Source: the human T2T-CHM13v2.0 reference genome, Homo sapiens. From it: a DNA stretch of 64,000 bases. Position numbers and translations under genes: made by a program. Location: the NCBI RefSeq assembly GCF_009914755.1, contig NC_060940.1; one strand, written 5' to 3'. The notes below the pieces were generated by a model, which was given only the letters and a program-made list of their open reading frames with translations, made no database searches and was not told where the DNA came from. This document shows positions 19,545 through 39,151 of this stretch, piece by piece (positions within the stretch are counted from its first letter, which is position 1; the number at the start of each line of letters is the position of its first letter).

Positions 19545-19890
19545 AGACCATTCCACGGCCTAAAACGCTTCAGTGGCTTCCTGTGGCCCCTCAAACAAAT
19601 GCAAAGCCCTTGCAGTGGCCTTAAAAATCCTGCTGTGCCCTGCTGACCTCCCCACAGATCTGGCACCTTTTAGGGCCTGATATCCATTTATCATCTTTCC
19701 TATATCCCGCTTCCTCCCAACCTCCTCATTGACCTCCTAAGATCCAGCTTTCCTTTCTGTCCCTGTGGACCTCAAGCTCTAGCCAGGCTTGCTCTTGACA
19801 CACGCTGTGCCCTCGGTCTGGCATATTCTCCAGGCTTTCCACCTGGCCAGTTCTTCCTCACCCTGCAAGTCTAGGTATCAGTGTCCCACT
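19545..19890 (+). mobile_element. L2 fragment
   Basis: CTTCAGTGGCTTCC...AAAGCCCTT...GCTGTGCCCTCGGTCTGG, typical of the L2 3' region. Confidence 0.55.
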
Positions 19891-20369
19891 TAGAGTGGGC
19901 CACCCTCAGGAGCATGAGGAGGGAAGCTCAGGGAGGGCTTTCAGGATGGGATGGGGTTGGGCAGTGGGGCAAGCCAGGGAGGCTTCCCGGAAGAGGAAAT
20001 TTGAGGATGAGCAGCAGTTTTCCAGGTAGGTGAAAGAAAAGACTTCACACCTCTTTCATATTCACCCTCCCCGGGGCAGAGCTCAGGACCATCCTGGAGT
20101 GATGCGGCTGCTGTTCTTGAAGCTAATTCCTAGCTCGTTTTCCTCCCACAGCAAATGAGAAGCATCATGTTGCTAACATCACCAAAACAACGATCTACCT
20201 ACCCTCGTTTTTCTTCCCATCAAATCGGGAGTGCACACTCCCCTCTCATCCTAGCTGGGTACACACTCCCCTCTCATCCTAGCTGGGTCCTTCACCCCTG
20301 CCATATTTGAATGAGTTTATATGTCCACCTCGGTTCGTTGCTTACCTGGATTGTCTCAAAAAATGTCTA

Positions 20370-20658
<289 letters not shown>

Positions 20659-20784
20659 TCAAAAAAAAAAAAGAAAATGTCTGTTTTACAGTTGGTTAGT
20701 TCAAATCAAGTTTGGTTGATGCGTCTCATAAATCTTTTTATCTGCAAGTTTCCCCCTTCCTTTTTTCATGGCAAGTATTTGTTA

Positions 20785-20931
<147 letters not shown>

Positions 20932-21209
20932 TTAGCCAGGCATGGCGGCATATGCCTGTAGTCACAGCTACTTGGGAGGCTGAAGTGGGAGGATCACTTG
21001 AGTCTGGGAAGCAGAGTTTGCAGTGAGACAAGATCATGCCACTGAGCAACAGAGTGAGACCCTGTCTCAAAAAAAAAAAAAAATGAAGCAGGGTCATTTG
21101 TTCTGTAGAAATTTCCATATTCTGTATTTGGGTGATTGCATCCTTGTGGTATTGAATATATTTCTCTAATCTCTGTATTTCTTATGAACTATTATATCTA
21201 GGTGAGATG

Positions 21210-22357
<1,148 letters not shown>

Positions 22358-22454
22358 TATTCAGAGGCTTGATTGAATTCAGATTCCGCTTTCTTTGGCA
22401 AGACTACTTCACAGATGATGTTGTGTGTCCATGTACATTTTAGAATAAGTTTTA

Positions 22455-22776
<322 letters not shown>

Positions 22777-23591
22777 TTAAAAATTCCACCTGGATTGGGG
22801 GACAGGGAATTGAAAGGTATAGGATTTCTTTCAAGATGATGAGAATATTCTGGAATTAGATAGCGGTGATGGTTGTGCAATATTATGAATATTCTAAGAA
22901 CTACTGACTTACACACTTTAAAATGGTAAAAATTCTGAATGTTATGTTAGGTGAATTTTATCTCAAAAAAATTTTTTTAATTCTAATTGGAATTTTGATT
23001 GAGATTGAATTCAATAATTAGTTTATTAATTTTGTGAAATTTGGCTTCTTTGTAATATTAAGTTGGTCATTAAAGATAATGAACTTGAGCCCAGGAGTTT
23101 GTGACCAGCCTGGGCATCAATAGCCAGATCCCATCCCCAAAAAACATTTTTAAAAATTAGCCAGGCCTGGGCTGGGCGCGGTGGCTCACACCTGTAATCC
23201 CGGCACTTTGGGAGGCCGAGGCGGGTGGATCACAAGGTCAGGAGATCGAGACCTGGCTAACATGGTGAAACCCCGTCTCTACTAAAAATACAAAAAATTA
23301 GCCAGGCGTGGTGGCGGGCACCTGTAGTCCCAGCTACTCAGGAGGCTGAGGCAGGAGAATGGCGTGAACCGGGAGGCAGAGCTTGCAGTGAGCCAAGATC
23401 GCACCACTGCACTCCAGCCTGGGCAACACAGCAAGTCTCCGCCTCAAAAAAAAAAAAATTAGCCAGGCCTGTCTGGGCGTGGTGGTTCATGCCTGTAATC
23501 CCAGCACTTGGGGAGGCCGAGGCGGGCGGATCACCTGAGGTCTGGAGTTCAAGACCAGCCTGACCAACATGGAGAAACCCCATCTCTACTA

Positions 23592-23747
<156 letters not shown>

Positions 23748-23903
23748 TCAAAAAAAAAACAAAAAAAACTAGCTGGTGCCTGTAATCCCAGCTGCTTAGA
23801 AGGCTGACGTAGAAGGATTGCTTGAACCCAGGAGTTACAGCGTGCAATGAGCCATGATCACAACACTGCACTCCAGCCTGGGTGACAGAGTGAGACCTTA
23901 TCT

Positions 23904-23941
<38 letters not shown>

Positions 23942-26742
23942 ACTGGAAACAGCCAAGAGATCCTTCAAAAAGTGAATGGATAAACCAACTGTAACTCATT
24001 CATACAGTGGAACGTTAATCAGCAATTCTAAAAATGAGCTATCAAGTCACAAAAAGACAAAGAAGAACCTTAACACAAAATAACACAGAGGAACCTTAAA
24101 TGCATATTGCTAAGTGATAGAAGTCAGTCTCAAAAGACTATATACTGTATTATTCCATCCACATGACATTCTGGAAAAGATAAAACCATAGGGACAGTAA
24201 AAAGATTAGTGATTAGCTGGTAACAGTGGCTCCAGCCTGTAATCAATTCCAACACTTTGGGAGGACAAGGTGAGAGGATTGGTAAGCCCAGGAGTTCAAA
24301 GCTGTCCTCGAGTCTGGGCAACAGAGTGAGACCCTGTCTGGGAGGGAATAAATTTAGTGATTGCCAGGTGTTCAAGGTGGGAGGGATAAATAATGAAGAA
24401 CAAAGGATGTTGAGGGTGGTGAAACCCTTCTGTATGGTACTATAATGGTACATACATGACATTGTGCATTTGTCAAAACCTATAGAACTTTACCACACTG
24501 AGTGAAACAATACAGACAAGTTTTTATCTTTATTATTCATTAATTAATTTGGTTATTTATTTTTTGAGACGGAGTCTCACTTTGTCACCCAGGCTGGAGT
24601 ACAGTGGCCCAATCTTGGCTCACTGCAACCTCCACCTCTTGGGTTTCAGGCGATTCTCCTGCCTCAGCCTCCCGAGTAACTGGGATTACAGGCACCCGCC
24701 GCCATGCCTGGCTAATTTTTATATTTTTAGTAGAGATGGGTTTTCGTCATGTTGGCCAGGCTAGTCTCGAACTTCTGACCTCAAGTTATCCACCCACCTC
24801 TGTCTCCCAAAGTGCTGGGATTATAGGCATGAGCCACCACGCCCAGCTAAGGCAAATTTTTAAAAGATCATTTAGGAAGTCGGGGGAGTCCCAGGAAAAA
24901 ATGCAGATGGTGGCAAGAGAATCTAACTTTTTCTTTCTAAATGTATAAAACAGCCCCACTGAAGAGGGTTGGGGAAAAAGGCGCTGACATAAGTAACTTT
25001 GGAACTGAATGGAATTTGTAAAAGTAAAGGCAAAAGGAACTACATGTCAGTACTGTACTCAAGTCAATGAAGTTGTTTTTTGCAGGGATACTCGTCGACA
25101 GTCCTACTATGGCTATACATGTATACTGGAACAATAGTCAATAGTTGGTGAATGGTAGGAGCCAGGCTTCTCACTGGTTGACTGAAAATTTACAGTTCAG
25201 TGAGAAAGGAGGCCAGAATGATCCATATGATAATGAATTACAATTGAAGAATCAGTAACAACTCATGTTTAACTTAATACAGATACAGTTAATTACATAT
25301 AGAACTATTTATAGATATAGACTGGGCATGGTGGCTCAAGCTTGTATTCTTAGAACTTTGGGAGGCTGAGGCAGGAGGATCACTTGAACCCAGGAGTTTA
25401 AGACCAGCCTGGACAGCATGGTGAAACCCCATCTCCACAAAAAAATACAAAAATTAGCCAGCCGTGATGGTGTTCACTTGTAGTCCTAGCTACTTTGGGA
25501 GACTGAGGCAGGAAGACTGCTTGAGTCCAGGAGTTCAAGGCTGCAGTGAGCTATGGTCGTGACACTGTGCTCCAGCCTGGGCAACAGAGCAAGACCCTGT
25601 CTCAAAAAAGAAAAGAAAAGGAAAAAAAAGGACCCTGTTTGTAGATATATGTATATGCACACCTTAGTATACATACATATATTTCTTTGCTCTGTCAGCC
25701 AAGGGGTCCTAAAAATAATAATAATACCCTAAGAAGCAAGGAGCCCACCCGGGGCCAGCATTTGTGTTTCTAATGCCAATCTCCAGTAAAGGAACCAGGG
25801 GCCCTTGGAGAAAGGGCTGATTTTAGGACAAGGGGAAGGAAATATATGAGATGGCCCTGGATTATCTTGTAATGTCAGAAAGTAAGAGAGTGTTCACACA
25901 CACACTGATTGGGCATGTCAAAGGGGCCCAGGAGTCACCTGAGAGAACTCCTAAGGGCCAAAGCTAGAACACTTTGATTGACAAACTAAGTAGAATAATA
26001 TTGGGTTATTCCCCAAAGTTAAGTATTCATGAGTCCATAGTGATATATTAATAAGTAACTGAGGCTGGGTGCAGTGGCTCACACCTGCAATTTCAGCACT
26101 TTGGGAGGCTTAGGTGGGAAGATCACTTGAGAGCAGAAGTTCAAGACCAGCATGGTCAACAGGGAGAGAGACTCAGTCTCTACAAAAAAAATTCTTTTTT
26201 TTTTTTTTTTTTTTTTTTGAGACCAAGTCTCGCTCTGTCCCAGGCTGGAGTGCAGTGGCGCGATCTTGGCTCACTGCAAGCTCCGCCTCCTGGGTTCACG
26301 CCATTCTCCTGCCTCAGTCTCCTGAGTAGCTGGGACTACAGGCGCCCGCCACCACGCCCAGCTAATTTTTTTTTGTATTTTTAGTAGAGACGGGGTTTCA
26401 CCGTGTTAGCCAGGATGGCCTCGATCTCCTGACCTCGTGATCCGCCCGTCTCGGCTTCCCAAAGTGCTGGGATTACAGGCATGAGCCAACACGCCCGGCC
26501 CCAAAATATTCCTTTAATGAGCTGCATGCAGTGAGGCTTAGGCAGGAGCATCACTTGAGCCCAGGAGTTGCAGGGAGCTAGGATTCCATCACTGTACCCC
26601 AAGCTTAGGTGGCAGAGTGAGATTCTGTGTCCAAATAAATAAATAAATGATTGAATACATTAGTAAATGGGGAAAAGAGACAAGCCTCACCTGCAGAATT
26701 CCAAATAAATTATTTAGATACCTCACCCTAAAGGCAGGGTGA

Positions 26743-26997
<255 letters not shown>

Positions 26998-27224
26998 TGA
27001 TCCACCCACCTTGGCCTCCCAAAGTGCTGAGATTACAGGCGTGAGCCACCGCGCACAGCCAACTTCCCACTTGTTAAACGTGGACTGTGCAGAGTGACTT
27101 CCTTCCAAAGAGTACAGAATAAAAAGGACAAACAAAAGGAGTAACTTTATAGTGGAGACACACCTTCGGCAGGATGATCAAGGTCGATATTAACACTCAT
27201 AAGCCATGTGGATAGCATGTACCT

Positions 27225-27646
27225 TTACTGGGTCGAATCACGTCCTCCCAAAGCTCACATCCTCCCTGCAACCTCGGACTGTGACCTTATTTGCAAATAG
27301 TGATTGCAGATGTAATTAGCTAAGATGAGGTCACACTGGAGTAGAGTGGGCCCTTAATCCAATATGGCTAGTATCCTGATTAGAAGAGGTGAAGAGAAAT
27401 GGACCCCGGAGGGGAGAACGCTACATGAGGGAAGTGATGCAGAGCCAGCCGCAGCAGCGAGGGAAATCCCTGGAAGGCAGGAAGAAGCATGGCAGGCTGC
27501 CCCCTGCGGCTTTCAGCAGCAGCAGGACCTTGCCGACACCTTGCCTTTAGACTTCCGTTCTCCAGAACTGTGAAAAAATAAATGCATGGTGTTTTCAGCT
27601 GCCCAGTATGTGGTCCTTTGTGATGACAGCTCTAGGAAATTAATGC
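27225..27646 (+). mobile_element. MLT1B/C-type MaLR LTR
   Basis: GTGACCTTATTTGCAAATAG...GATGAGGTCA...CCAGAACTGTGA...CTAGGAAATTAAT. Confidence 0.75.
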
Positions 27647-27907
27647 CAGATCCTTGCTATGATGACGTAATGGAAGTGGCACTTTACCTCTAGGATCTTC
27701 CTCCCCAAAACCCACAACTCCATTCTAATCATGAGAAAAACATCGGATACATTTCAATAGAAAAGCATCCTACAAAATACCTATCTAGTAATCCCTCAAA
27801 ACTGTCAGAGCTGGGCTGGGCGCGGCAGCTCACGCCTGTAATCCCAGCACTTTGGGAGGCTGAGGTGGGCGGATCACGAGGTCAGGGGATCGAGACCATC
27901 CTCACTA

Positions 27908-28129
<222 letters not shown>

Positions 28130-28889
28130 TCAGAGCCAGTCGGGCCTGGGGGCTCACGCCTATAATTTCAGCACTTAAGGAGGTTGAACCAGGAGGATTG
28201 CTTGAGCCCAGGAGTTTGAGACCAGCCTGGGCAACAGAGAGAGACCCCATCTCTACCAAAAATAAACAAATAAGTTGGGCATGGTGGCGCACATGTGTGG
28301 TCCGAGATACTCAGGAGACTGAGGTGGGAGGATTGCTTGAGGCCAGGAGGTGGAGGCTGGGATTACAGGCATGAGCTACCACACCTGGCCAGGAGATCCC
28401 TCTTGATAAGAGTGGCTTTGTTTACATGGAGGCCTTGGACAAGCCAGGTGGTTTATACTTAGAGTCATCAAAATTCATAGAACCAGGAAGAAGAATGGTG
28501 GTTGCCAAGGGCTGGGGAAGGAAGAAATGGGAGTTAGTGTTTCATGGGTAGAGTTTCAGTTTTACAAGATGAAAAGAGTTCCAGCGATGGATAGTGGGGA
28601 TAGTTGCGCGATATTGTGGATGTATTTAATACCTCTGAACTGTACACTTGAAAATGGTTAAGATAGTAAATTTTATTACATATGTATTTTACCACAATAA
28701 AAAAAGTTGAGGCTGGCCAGGCATAGTGGCTCATGCCTGTAATCCTCCCATTTTGGGAAGCCAAGGTGGGAGGATCACCTGAAGTTGGGAGTTCAAGACC
28801 AGCCTGACCAACGTGGAGAAACCCCGTCTCTACTAAAAACACAAAACTAGCCGGGCGTGGTGGTGCACTCCTGTAATCCCAGCTACTCA

Positions 28890-28994
<105 letters not shown>

Positions 28995-29847
28995 TCAAAA
29001 AAAAAAAAGTTGAGGCCAGGTGTGGTGGCTCATGCTTCTAATCCCAGCACCTTGGGAGACTGAGACAGGAGGACCACTTGAGCTCAGGAGTTCGAGACCA
29101 GCCTGGGCAACAGAGCGAGATCTTGTCTCTACAAAAAGAAAAAAAATTGAAAAACAATGCACTGTCCCCTCAACTCCTGCTATGACCTCCTTAGCAATGA
29201 ACACCATCTGACATGCTATATATTTTACTCATTGTTTATTCTTATTGTCCCCCCAACTACAATGTAAGCTCCACCAGGACAGAGAGCTTGTGTCTTAGTC
29301 ACAGCTGTGCTCTGGCATGGCGCCTGCCACCAGCAGCTGACAAACTTACGCAAGCATTGCAGCAATGCTGAATAAAGGAATAGAAAATAAAAACACTTGG
29401 GGGAGGCCGGGCACGGTGGCTCACGCCTGTAATCCCAGCACTTTGGGAGGCCAAGGCGGGCGGATCACGAGGTCAGGAGATCGAGACCATCCTGGCTAAC
29501 GCGGTGAAACCCCGTCTCTACTAAAAATACAAAAAATTAGCCGGGCGTGGTGTTGGGCGCCTGTTTTCCCAGCTACTCGGAAGGCTGAGGCAGGAGAAAG
29601 TCATGCATCCGGGAGGCGGAGCTTGCAGTGAGCCGAGATCGCACCACTGCACTCTAGCCTGGGCGACAGAGCAAGACTCCATCTCAAAAAAACACAACAC
29701 TTGGGAGAAAAGTCTAAACTTGTCATTCAGAACCTCACAAAAATAATCATTTTGAAACCTGGCAAGGAGAAGAGAATCATTGCTAATATTTGGCCAAAAA
29801 TTGTTCTTAAACATTGACTTTCTCCAAAAATTGTTCTTAAACATTGA

Positions 29848-31784
<1,937 letters not shown>

Positions 31785-32319
31785 ATTGATATACAAAATT
31801 TAACATGGTTAGGAAAATCCAGACCATATAGAATTTCCTTAGAATAAATAACCCAGTGTTTTCAACAACTAAATGGCAAATAAAAAAAAAGATATAGAGG
31901 GGAAATGTATATATGAGAAGACATCACACAATCTGAGTACGTGGATTCACTGGGCCTGAATTTTTTGTTTCGTTTTTGTTTTTGAGATGGAGTCTCACTC
32001 TTGTTGCCCAGGCTGGAGTGCAATGGTGTGATCTGGGCTCACTGCCACCTCCGCCCCTCGAGTTCAAGCAATCCTCCTGCCTCAGCCTCCCAAGTAGCTG
32101 AGACTCCAGGTGCATGCCACCAGGCCCAGCTAATTTTTTTGTGTGTTTTTAGTAGAGATGGGGTTTCAATATGTTGGCCAGGCTGGTCTCGAACTCTTGA
32201 CCTCAGATGATCTGCCCGCCTTGGCCCCCCAAAGTGCTGGAATTACAGGCGTGAGCCACTGTGCCCAGCCCTGTTAATTTTTTATGTGTGATAATATTGT
32301 TATTACATTTAAAGTATGA

Positions 32320-32687
<368 letters not shown>

Positions 32688-34106
32688 TGATATTAATGTA
32701 GTTGTTTGATACTGTATAATAAAAGGTGTCAACATTTAGAACCTCTGCATGAGCTGGCCAGGTCAGCAATGTGTTTCTCAGAAACACCCGCTACACTTTC
32801 TCTTTATTTTTCAGGGAAAATTAATAGAGGACAATGTGGTTGTGAATTTTAGAAGGTCTTGAAAAGTACAGCCCACACACGTGGTGCTTACTCAGTGCTG
32901 TTACACATAAGGCGGTAAGGGGAATTTATCTTGTGTGTATGTGTGTGTGGGGGGAGTTCTCCATTCTCTTCGTATAGTTCAGTGTTTAGTCTTTTTAAAA
33001 TATGCATAGTTTTTTACAAAAATAGGATTACGCTGCACATATTCTTGTGTGATCAGTATTATTTCATTTCTCAATGAAATAACCCCCACGTGGGTAATAC
33101 ACATTATCCTTTTTAGTGTTTCCCCAAATTCTCCTTACATATCACCACAATTTATTTTACGTTTACCTACTAAGAGATTTTTAGATCCTTCCCAAGGTTT
33201 TGCAAATATAAATGGCAATGTGAGGAACATTCTTGTATATACATCTTTCCATAAGATTATAGGTTATGGTAATTTATAATTTTTAAATGTTGGTATAATA
33301 AGATCTTCAGAAAAATTTGATGTGTACACTCACATCACAATGTTGTATATCCATCACCACTTTCTCCTTCCAGAACTTTCTCATTATCCGAAACAGAAAC
33401 GCTATACCGTTTAAGCACTAACTCCCCATCCCTTTTTATTCCAGTCCCTGGTAACTCTGTTTTACTTTCTGTCTTTATAAATTTGCCTATCCTAGGTACG
33501 TCATATAAATGGAATCATACAGTATTTGTCCTTTTGTGTCTGCCTTCTTTCTTTTTTTCTTTTCTTTTCTTTTAAGAAACAGAGTCTCATTCTACTACCC
33601 AGGCTGGAGTGCAGTCGTGCAATCATAGGTCACTGCAGCCTCGAACTCCTGGGTCAAGTGATCTTCCTGCCTCGGCCTCCTGAGTAGCTGGGGCCACAGG
33701 CACATGCCACTACCTCCAGCTTGGCTTATTTCACTTAGTGTATTTTCAAGTTTTAATCACGTTGTAGCGTGTACCAGAACGTCATTCTTTGATATGGCTG
33801 AATAATATTCCACTGTATCCATTCATCAGCTAATGGACACTTGGATTGTCTCCACCTTTGGATATTGTGAATAATGCTGCTATGAACATTGGTGTAAACA
33901 CCTTTCTATGAACCTGTTTGAGGATATTGTTTTAATTAAAAGCAAGCTGCTACCACTACATACCTATTAGAATGGCCAAAATTCAAGACACTGACAACAA
34001 ATGCTGGTGAGAAATTGGAGCAACAGGAATTCTTATTCATTGTTGGTGGGTGCAAAATGATGCAGCCACTTTGGAAGACAGTGTTGGCAGTCTCTTACAA
34101 AACTAA

Positions 34107-34850
34107 TGATATGGACAGGAGGCAGGAGGGCGGGATTCCTGGTGAGGGTTCTTACCCTCAAGCTTGGACCCATGGCCCTAAATGAGAACAGGCATTCCTG
34201 TTTTCACGCCTGTACGTTGCCTTTTCCAAGACCATTGTGGCCCACCCTGCTCTCTATCCTGTGCCCATAAGAACCCCAAATCCCAGGCTCCACAAACAGA
34301 AGAGCAGCAGAGGGGCAGAGGGGCAGAGCTGCAGAGCAAGGTGGTGGAGAAGGAGAAAAGAGAAGAAGCAATTGAGCATTGAAGAGGTAGCTGGATGGTC
34401 AGAGAGGAATTTGGCCAGGGACAGCAGAACTCCAGGGGACGATTATCTTCCCACGCCATCCCCTTTCCAGCTCCCCATCCTGCTGAGAGCCACCTCCCTC
34501 ACTCAATAAAACCTCTGCATTTACCATTCTTCAAGTCCATGTGACCTGATCCTTTCTGGATGCTGGACAAGGACCTGGGTATTAAGAGGGCAGGGTGTAA
34601 AAGGCTGTCACCCTCACTCTCCACTGAGCTGGTTAACGCTTAGCTGTCCATGGATGGCAACTGCTAGAAGAGCATTAATTGTAACACACCCCTAGATGCT
34701 ACCATGGGGCCAGAGCCCAAAGGTGCTCACCCTGGCCCTGGCACCCACTTGCCTCTGTGCTCCCCCTCCCATAAGGGGTTTTAGCACAGTGGCTGAGTAA
34801 GCTAGCCACGACAAGTCCCGCGAAGGGGTCCAGGGAACTCTCCTGTCTCA
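34107..34850 (+). mobile_element. LTR1/LTR27/LTR28-group solo LTR inserted into an L1M
   Basis: TGATATGGACAGGAGGCAGG...GGGAACTCTCCTGTCTCA; TSD CTAA/TTAA; L1 sequence resumes on both sides. Confidence 0.8.
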
Positions 34851-34854
34851 TTAA

Positions 34855-35130
<276 letters not shown>

Positions 35131-35313
35131 TGATCCGCCCGCCTCGGCCTCCCAAAGTGCTGGGATTACAGGCGTGAGCCACTGCACCCGGCCGCAACCA
35201 TACGATTTACCCAAATGAACTGGAAACTTATATCCTCACAAAACCTGAACACAGATGTTTAGAGCAGCTTTATTCATAGTTGCCAAAACTTAGAAGCAAC
35301 CAATGTATCTTCA

Positions 35314-35719
<406 letters not shown>

Positions 35720-37099
35720 TTAAATGTATATTACTAAATGAAAGAAGCCAATCTGAAAAAGCAACATATGTATGATTCCACCTATATGACAACCTCCAAA
35801 AGGCAAAACTATGGAGACAGTAAAAATATCAGAGATTTCCAGGGGTTGTGGGATGGATGAATAAATGGAGCACAGATGATTTTTTGGGGGGCAGTGAAAC
35901 TATTCTGTACGATACTGTAATGGTTACAGGCATTTGTCAAGACCCATAGAATGTACAACATCAAGTGAACACTAATGTAAGCTATGGACTTTGGGTGCCA
36001 ATGATTTTGTTTTTTAATTTATACTTTTTGAGACAGGGTCACCCAAGCTGGAGTGCAGTGGCACAATCTTGGCTCACTGAAACCTCAGCCTCCCAGGCTC
36101 AAGTGATCCTCCCACCTCAGCCTCCCGAGTAGCTGGGACTACAGGTGCGTGCCACCATGCCCGGCTAATTTTTGTATTTTTTTTTTTTTTTTTAAGAGAT
36201 GAGGTTTCACCATTTTGGCCAGGCTGGTTTCAAATTCCTCGGCTCAAGCAATCTGCTTGCCTCAGGCTCCCAAAGTGCTAGGATTACAGGTGTGAGCCAC
36301 TGAGCCTGGCCAGGTGCTGATATTTAACTGTAGGTTCACCAATTGTAACAAATACACTGTTCTGGTGTGGGATATCAACTCTGGGGAGGTTGTGTGTGCT
36401 GGGGGCACATGGGTTATATGGGAATTCAATGTATTTTCTGCTCAAATTTTGCTGTGAACCTAAAACTGTTCTAAAGGATGAAAGGAACTGAGGGTGAAGG
36501 GAAATGGGAAGATGGTGGTCAAGGGGTACAAAGTCTCAGTTATGCAAGATGAGTAGTTCTGGGGAGATGCACAGCTATGTGACGATAGTTGACAATATTG
36601 TATACTTGAAATTTGCTAAGAAGATAGATCTTAAGTGTTCTCATCAGACAAATAACTATGTGAGGTGATGCACATGTTAATTAGCTTGATTATGGTGAAT
36701 ATTTCACAAATGTAGATATCAAGTTGTACATCTTAAATATATAGATCTCAACAAATATATATACCTCAACAAAGTGGCCTGGGAAAAAAGGGAAAAAAGC
36801 TAGTTGCAGCACATGATACCTTTATGGCCAGTTTTGTAACAACAACAAAAAAATCAAAGTGCGAACTTAATGTTATACGCAGTTAATCTTTAGAAAGTGA
36901 GATTATGGATACTTTCTTTTGTACATATATTCTAATTAAATACAGTTATAGATTATTTGTGTAATGTTTAAAAGCCAAGTTGTTGTATTTAAGGGGGAGG
37001 TGGTGAATTGTAGTTCACGACCCACTCTGGGAAAAAAGAAAACAGTGCAGGCTAAGGAGATTATTTTGGTCGGCTCATCAGACCGCCTAACAAGGCGAA

Positions 37100-37790
37100 G
37101 ACTTTCCTGAGAGTCCCTAAAGCCGCGGCCCCGGAGGCTTGTGGGAAATGTAGTCCCGAACGTGGATGGTCCACCCCTCCGAGGACCCTGGGAACGGCGC
37201 GCGCCCCTGTTTCTGCGCATGTGCAGTGCTGCGAGCGCGCCGGTGGCCGCCCTTCCCCCACCACCAGCGGCGAGTGGGTGACAGAGCCCCCGTCTCCGCG
37301 CGTCTTCGCCGCCCTGCGCCGTGACCCGCTGTGGCACTGGGCCACGAGTGGAGGCTGCGCCCCTCCAGGTACGAGAGGGGCTTCCAGGTAGCTCCGCGCG
37401 GCCTGGGGCCGAGGGGAAGGAGATGAGGGATGGGCTCGTGCCCGCGCAGGGTGGGAGCCCAAACTTCGGCTACTCGTAGGCGGCAGTGACCCTCAGGGCG
37501 GCGTCCGGGGTTGCCCGGCGCTCGCCTCTGAACGGGGCCGGCGGGGCACGCCTGGCCGAACGTGCGGGGGCGGGGACGGCGGAGGGGAGGGCGGCTATGA
37601 GGCTTCGCCTTCTTCTCTTTGTCAGGAGATGCGCCTCAGACGGGCGGCGAAGGGCTCGGGCCGCGCGGGAGCGAGTTCTGGAGCCCCGGCGGGCGCGCGC
37701 GCGCGGGACGAGGCCCCGCCGGGGCGTGGTGGGGGCGTGGCCTGACACACCTGGCCACGCCCCGATGCCCGGTGCCTCGTGGGTGGAGGA
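37100..37790 (+). promoter_or_regulatory. ZFP1: CpG island / promoter of ZFP1
   Basis: Very high CpG density; ZNF143/THAP11-type motif (minus GGACTACATTTCCCACAAGCC, ~37136-37156; degenerate second copy 37001-37016); NRF1-like TGCGCATGTGCA 37214-37225; several GC/GT boxes. Confidence 0.92.
37225..37368 (+). other. ZFP1: ZFP1 non-coding exon 1 (start approximate)
   Basis: Lies downstream of the promoter motifs; ends at donor CCAG|GTACGA. Confidence 0.65.
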
Positions 37791-38167
37791 AGGACTGGAG
37801 CCTGGTCAGTTGCCGGTGGTGAAGGAGAACCGTGATCCCTTTGTCAGAGGGTCTTCAGTGAGGTGTTCCCCTGATCCTCGCATCCACCCCGTGACTTCCA
37901 GCGTTATCATCTCCGTCGCTATCCCAGGAACACGGGAGGTTCAGAAGGGGAAAGTGATTTCCCTAAGGTCTCACAACCCGGTGGTACTTTATGTGAGCAG
38001 CAGATATTTTTTCATTTATCTTTTGATTTTACTCGCTGGTAGATTTTGCCATGTATACGTTTTGACGTTTTAAATTTCTCTCGGGTGGAATTTACTGTTC
38101 TTTCCGTTTGGGGCACCCAAAATTCTTCACTACTTTGAAATACGAAAGTTTTCCCATGATTCTGGTG

Positions 38168-38262
38168 CAGTCACGCTCTGCGTAACAGTGTTTCTGTCAA
38201 CGAGGGACCTCATGTAAAATGGTGGTCCTATGTGATTGTAATACTATATTTTTGTATTGTAC
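38168..38262 (+). mobile_element. Tigger3/MER7-type DNA transposon end
   Basis: CAGTCACGCTCTGCGTAAC...GGTGGTCCTATG...TATTTTTGTATTGTACC. Confidence 0.65.
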
Positions 38263-38893
38263 CGTTTCTTTTCTTTACTTTCTTTTTTTTTTTTTTTTTT
38301 TTTTGAGACGGAGTCTCGCTCTGTCGTCCAGGCTGGAGTGCAGTGGCTTGATCTCGGCTCACTGCAACCTCCGCCTCCTGGGTTAAAGTAGTGCTCTGCC
38401 TCAGCCTCCCGAGTAGCTGGGATTACAGGCGTGAGCCACCGCGCCCGGCCAGACACAATTTATTGATGTAACTGTTCCTCTAAATACTACTTTAACTACA
38501 TCACTCAAATTTTTATATCTTGTATTTTCTTTTCTGTTGTTGTTGTTTTTGAGACTGAGTCTCACTCTGTCACCCAGGCTGGAGTGCAGTGGCACTCAGC
38601 TCACTGAAACCTCTGCCTCCCGGGTTCAAGCAGTCCTCCTGGCTGGGATTACAGGCACCCGCCACTACACCTGGCTGATTTTTGTATTTTTAGTAGAGAC
38701 GGGGTTTCACCATGTTGGCCCGGCTGCTCTAGAACTCTTGACCTCAAGTGATTCTCCCGCCTTGGCTTCCCAAAGTGCTGGGATTACAGGCATGAACCAC
38801 TGCACCCAGCCTTTTTATTGTGTTTTCATTACCATTCAATTCAAATTTTTTTAACTTCCCTTGTGACTTCATTTTTTACCCTTATTTATTTAG

Positions 38894-39151
<258 letters not shown>

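Noticed and set aside
36936-38073. ORFs 37486..38073(+, 195 aa), 36936..37337(-) and 37061..37462(-)
   Set aside because: Arg/Gly/Ala-rich products of stop-poor CpG-island DNA; no recognisable domain.
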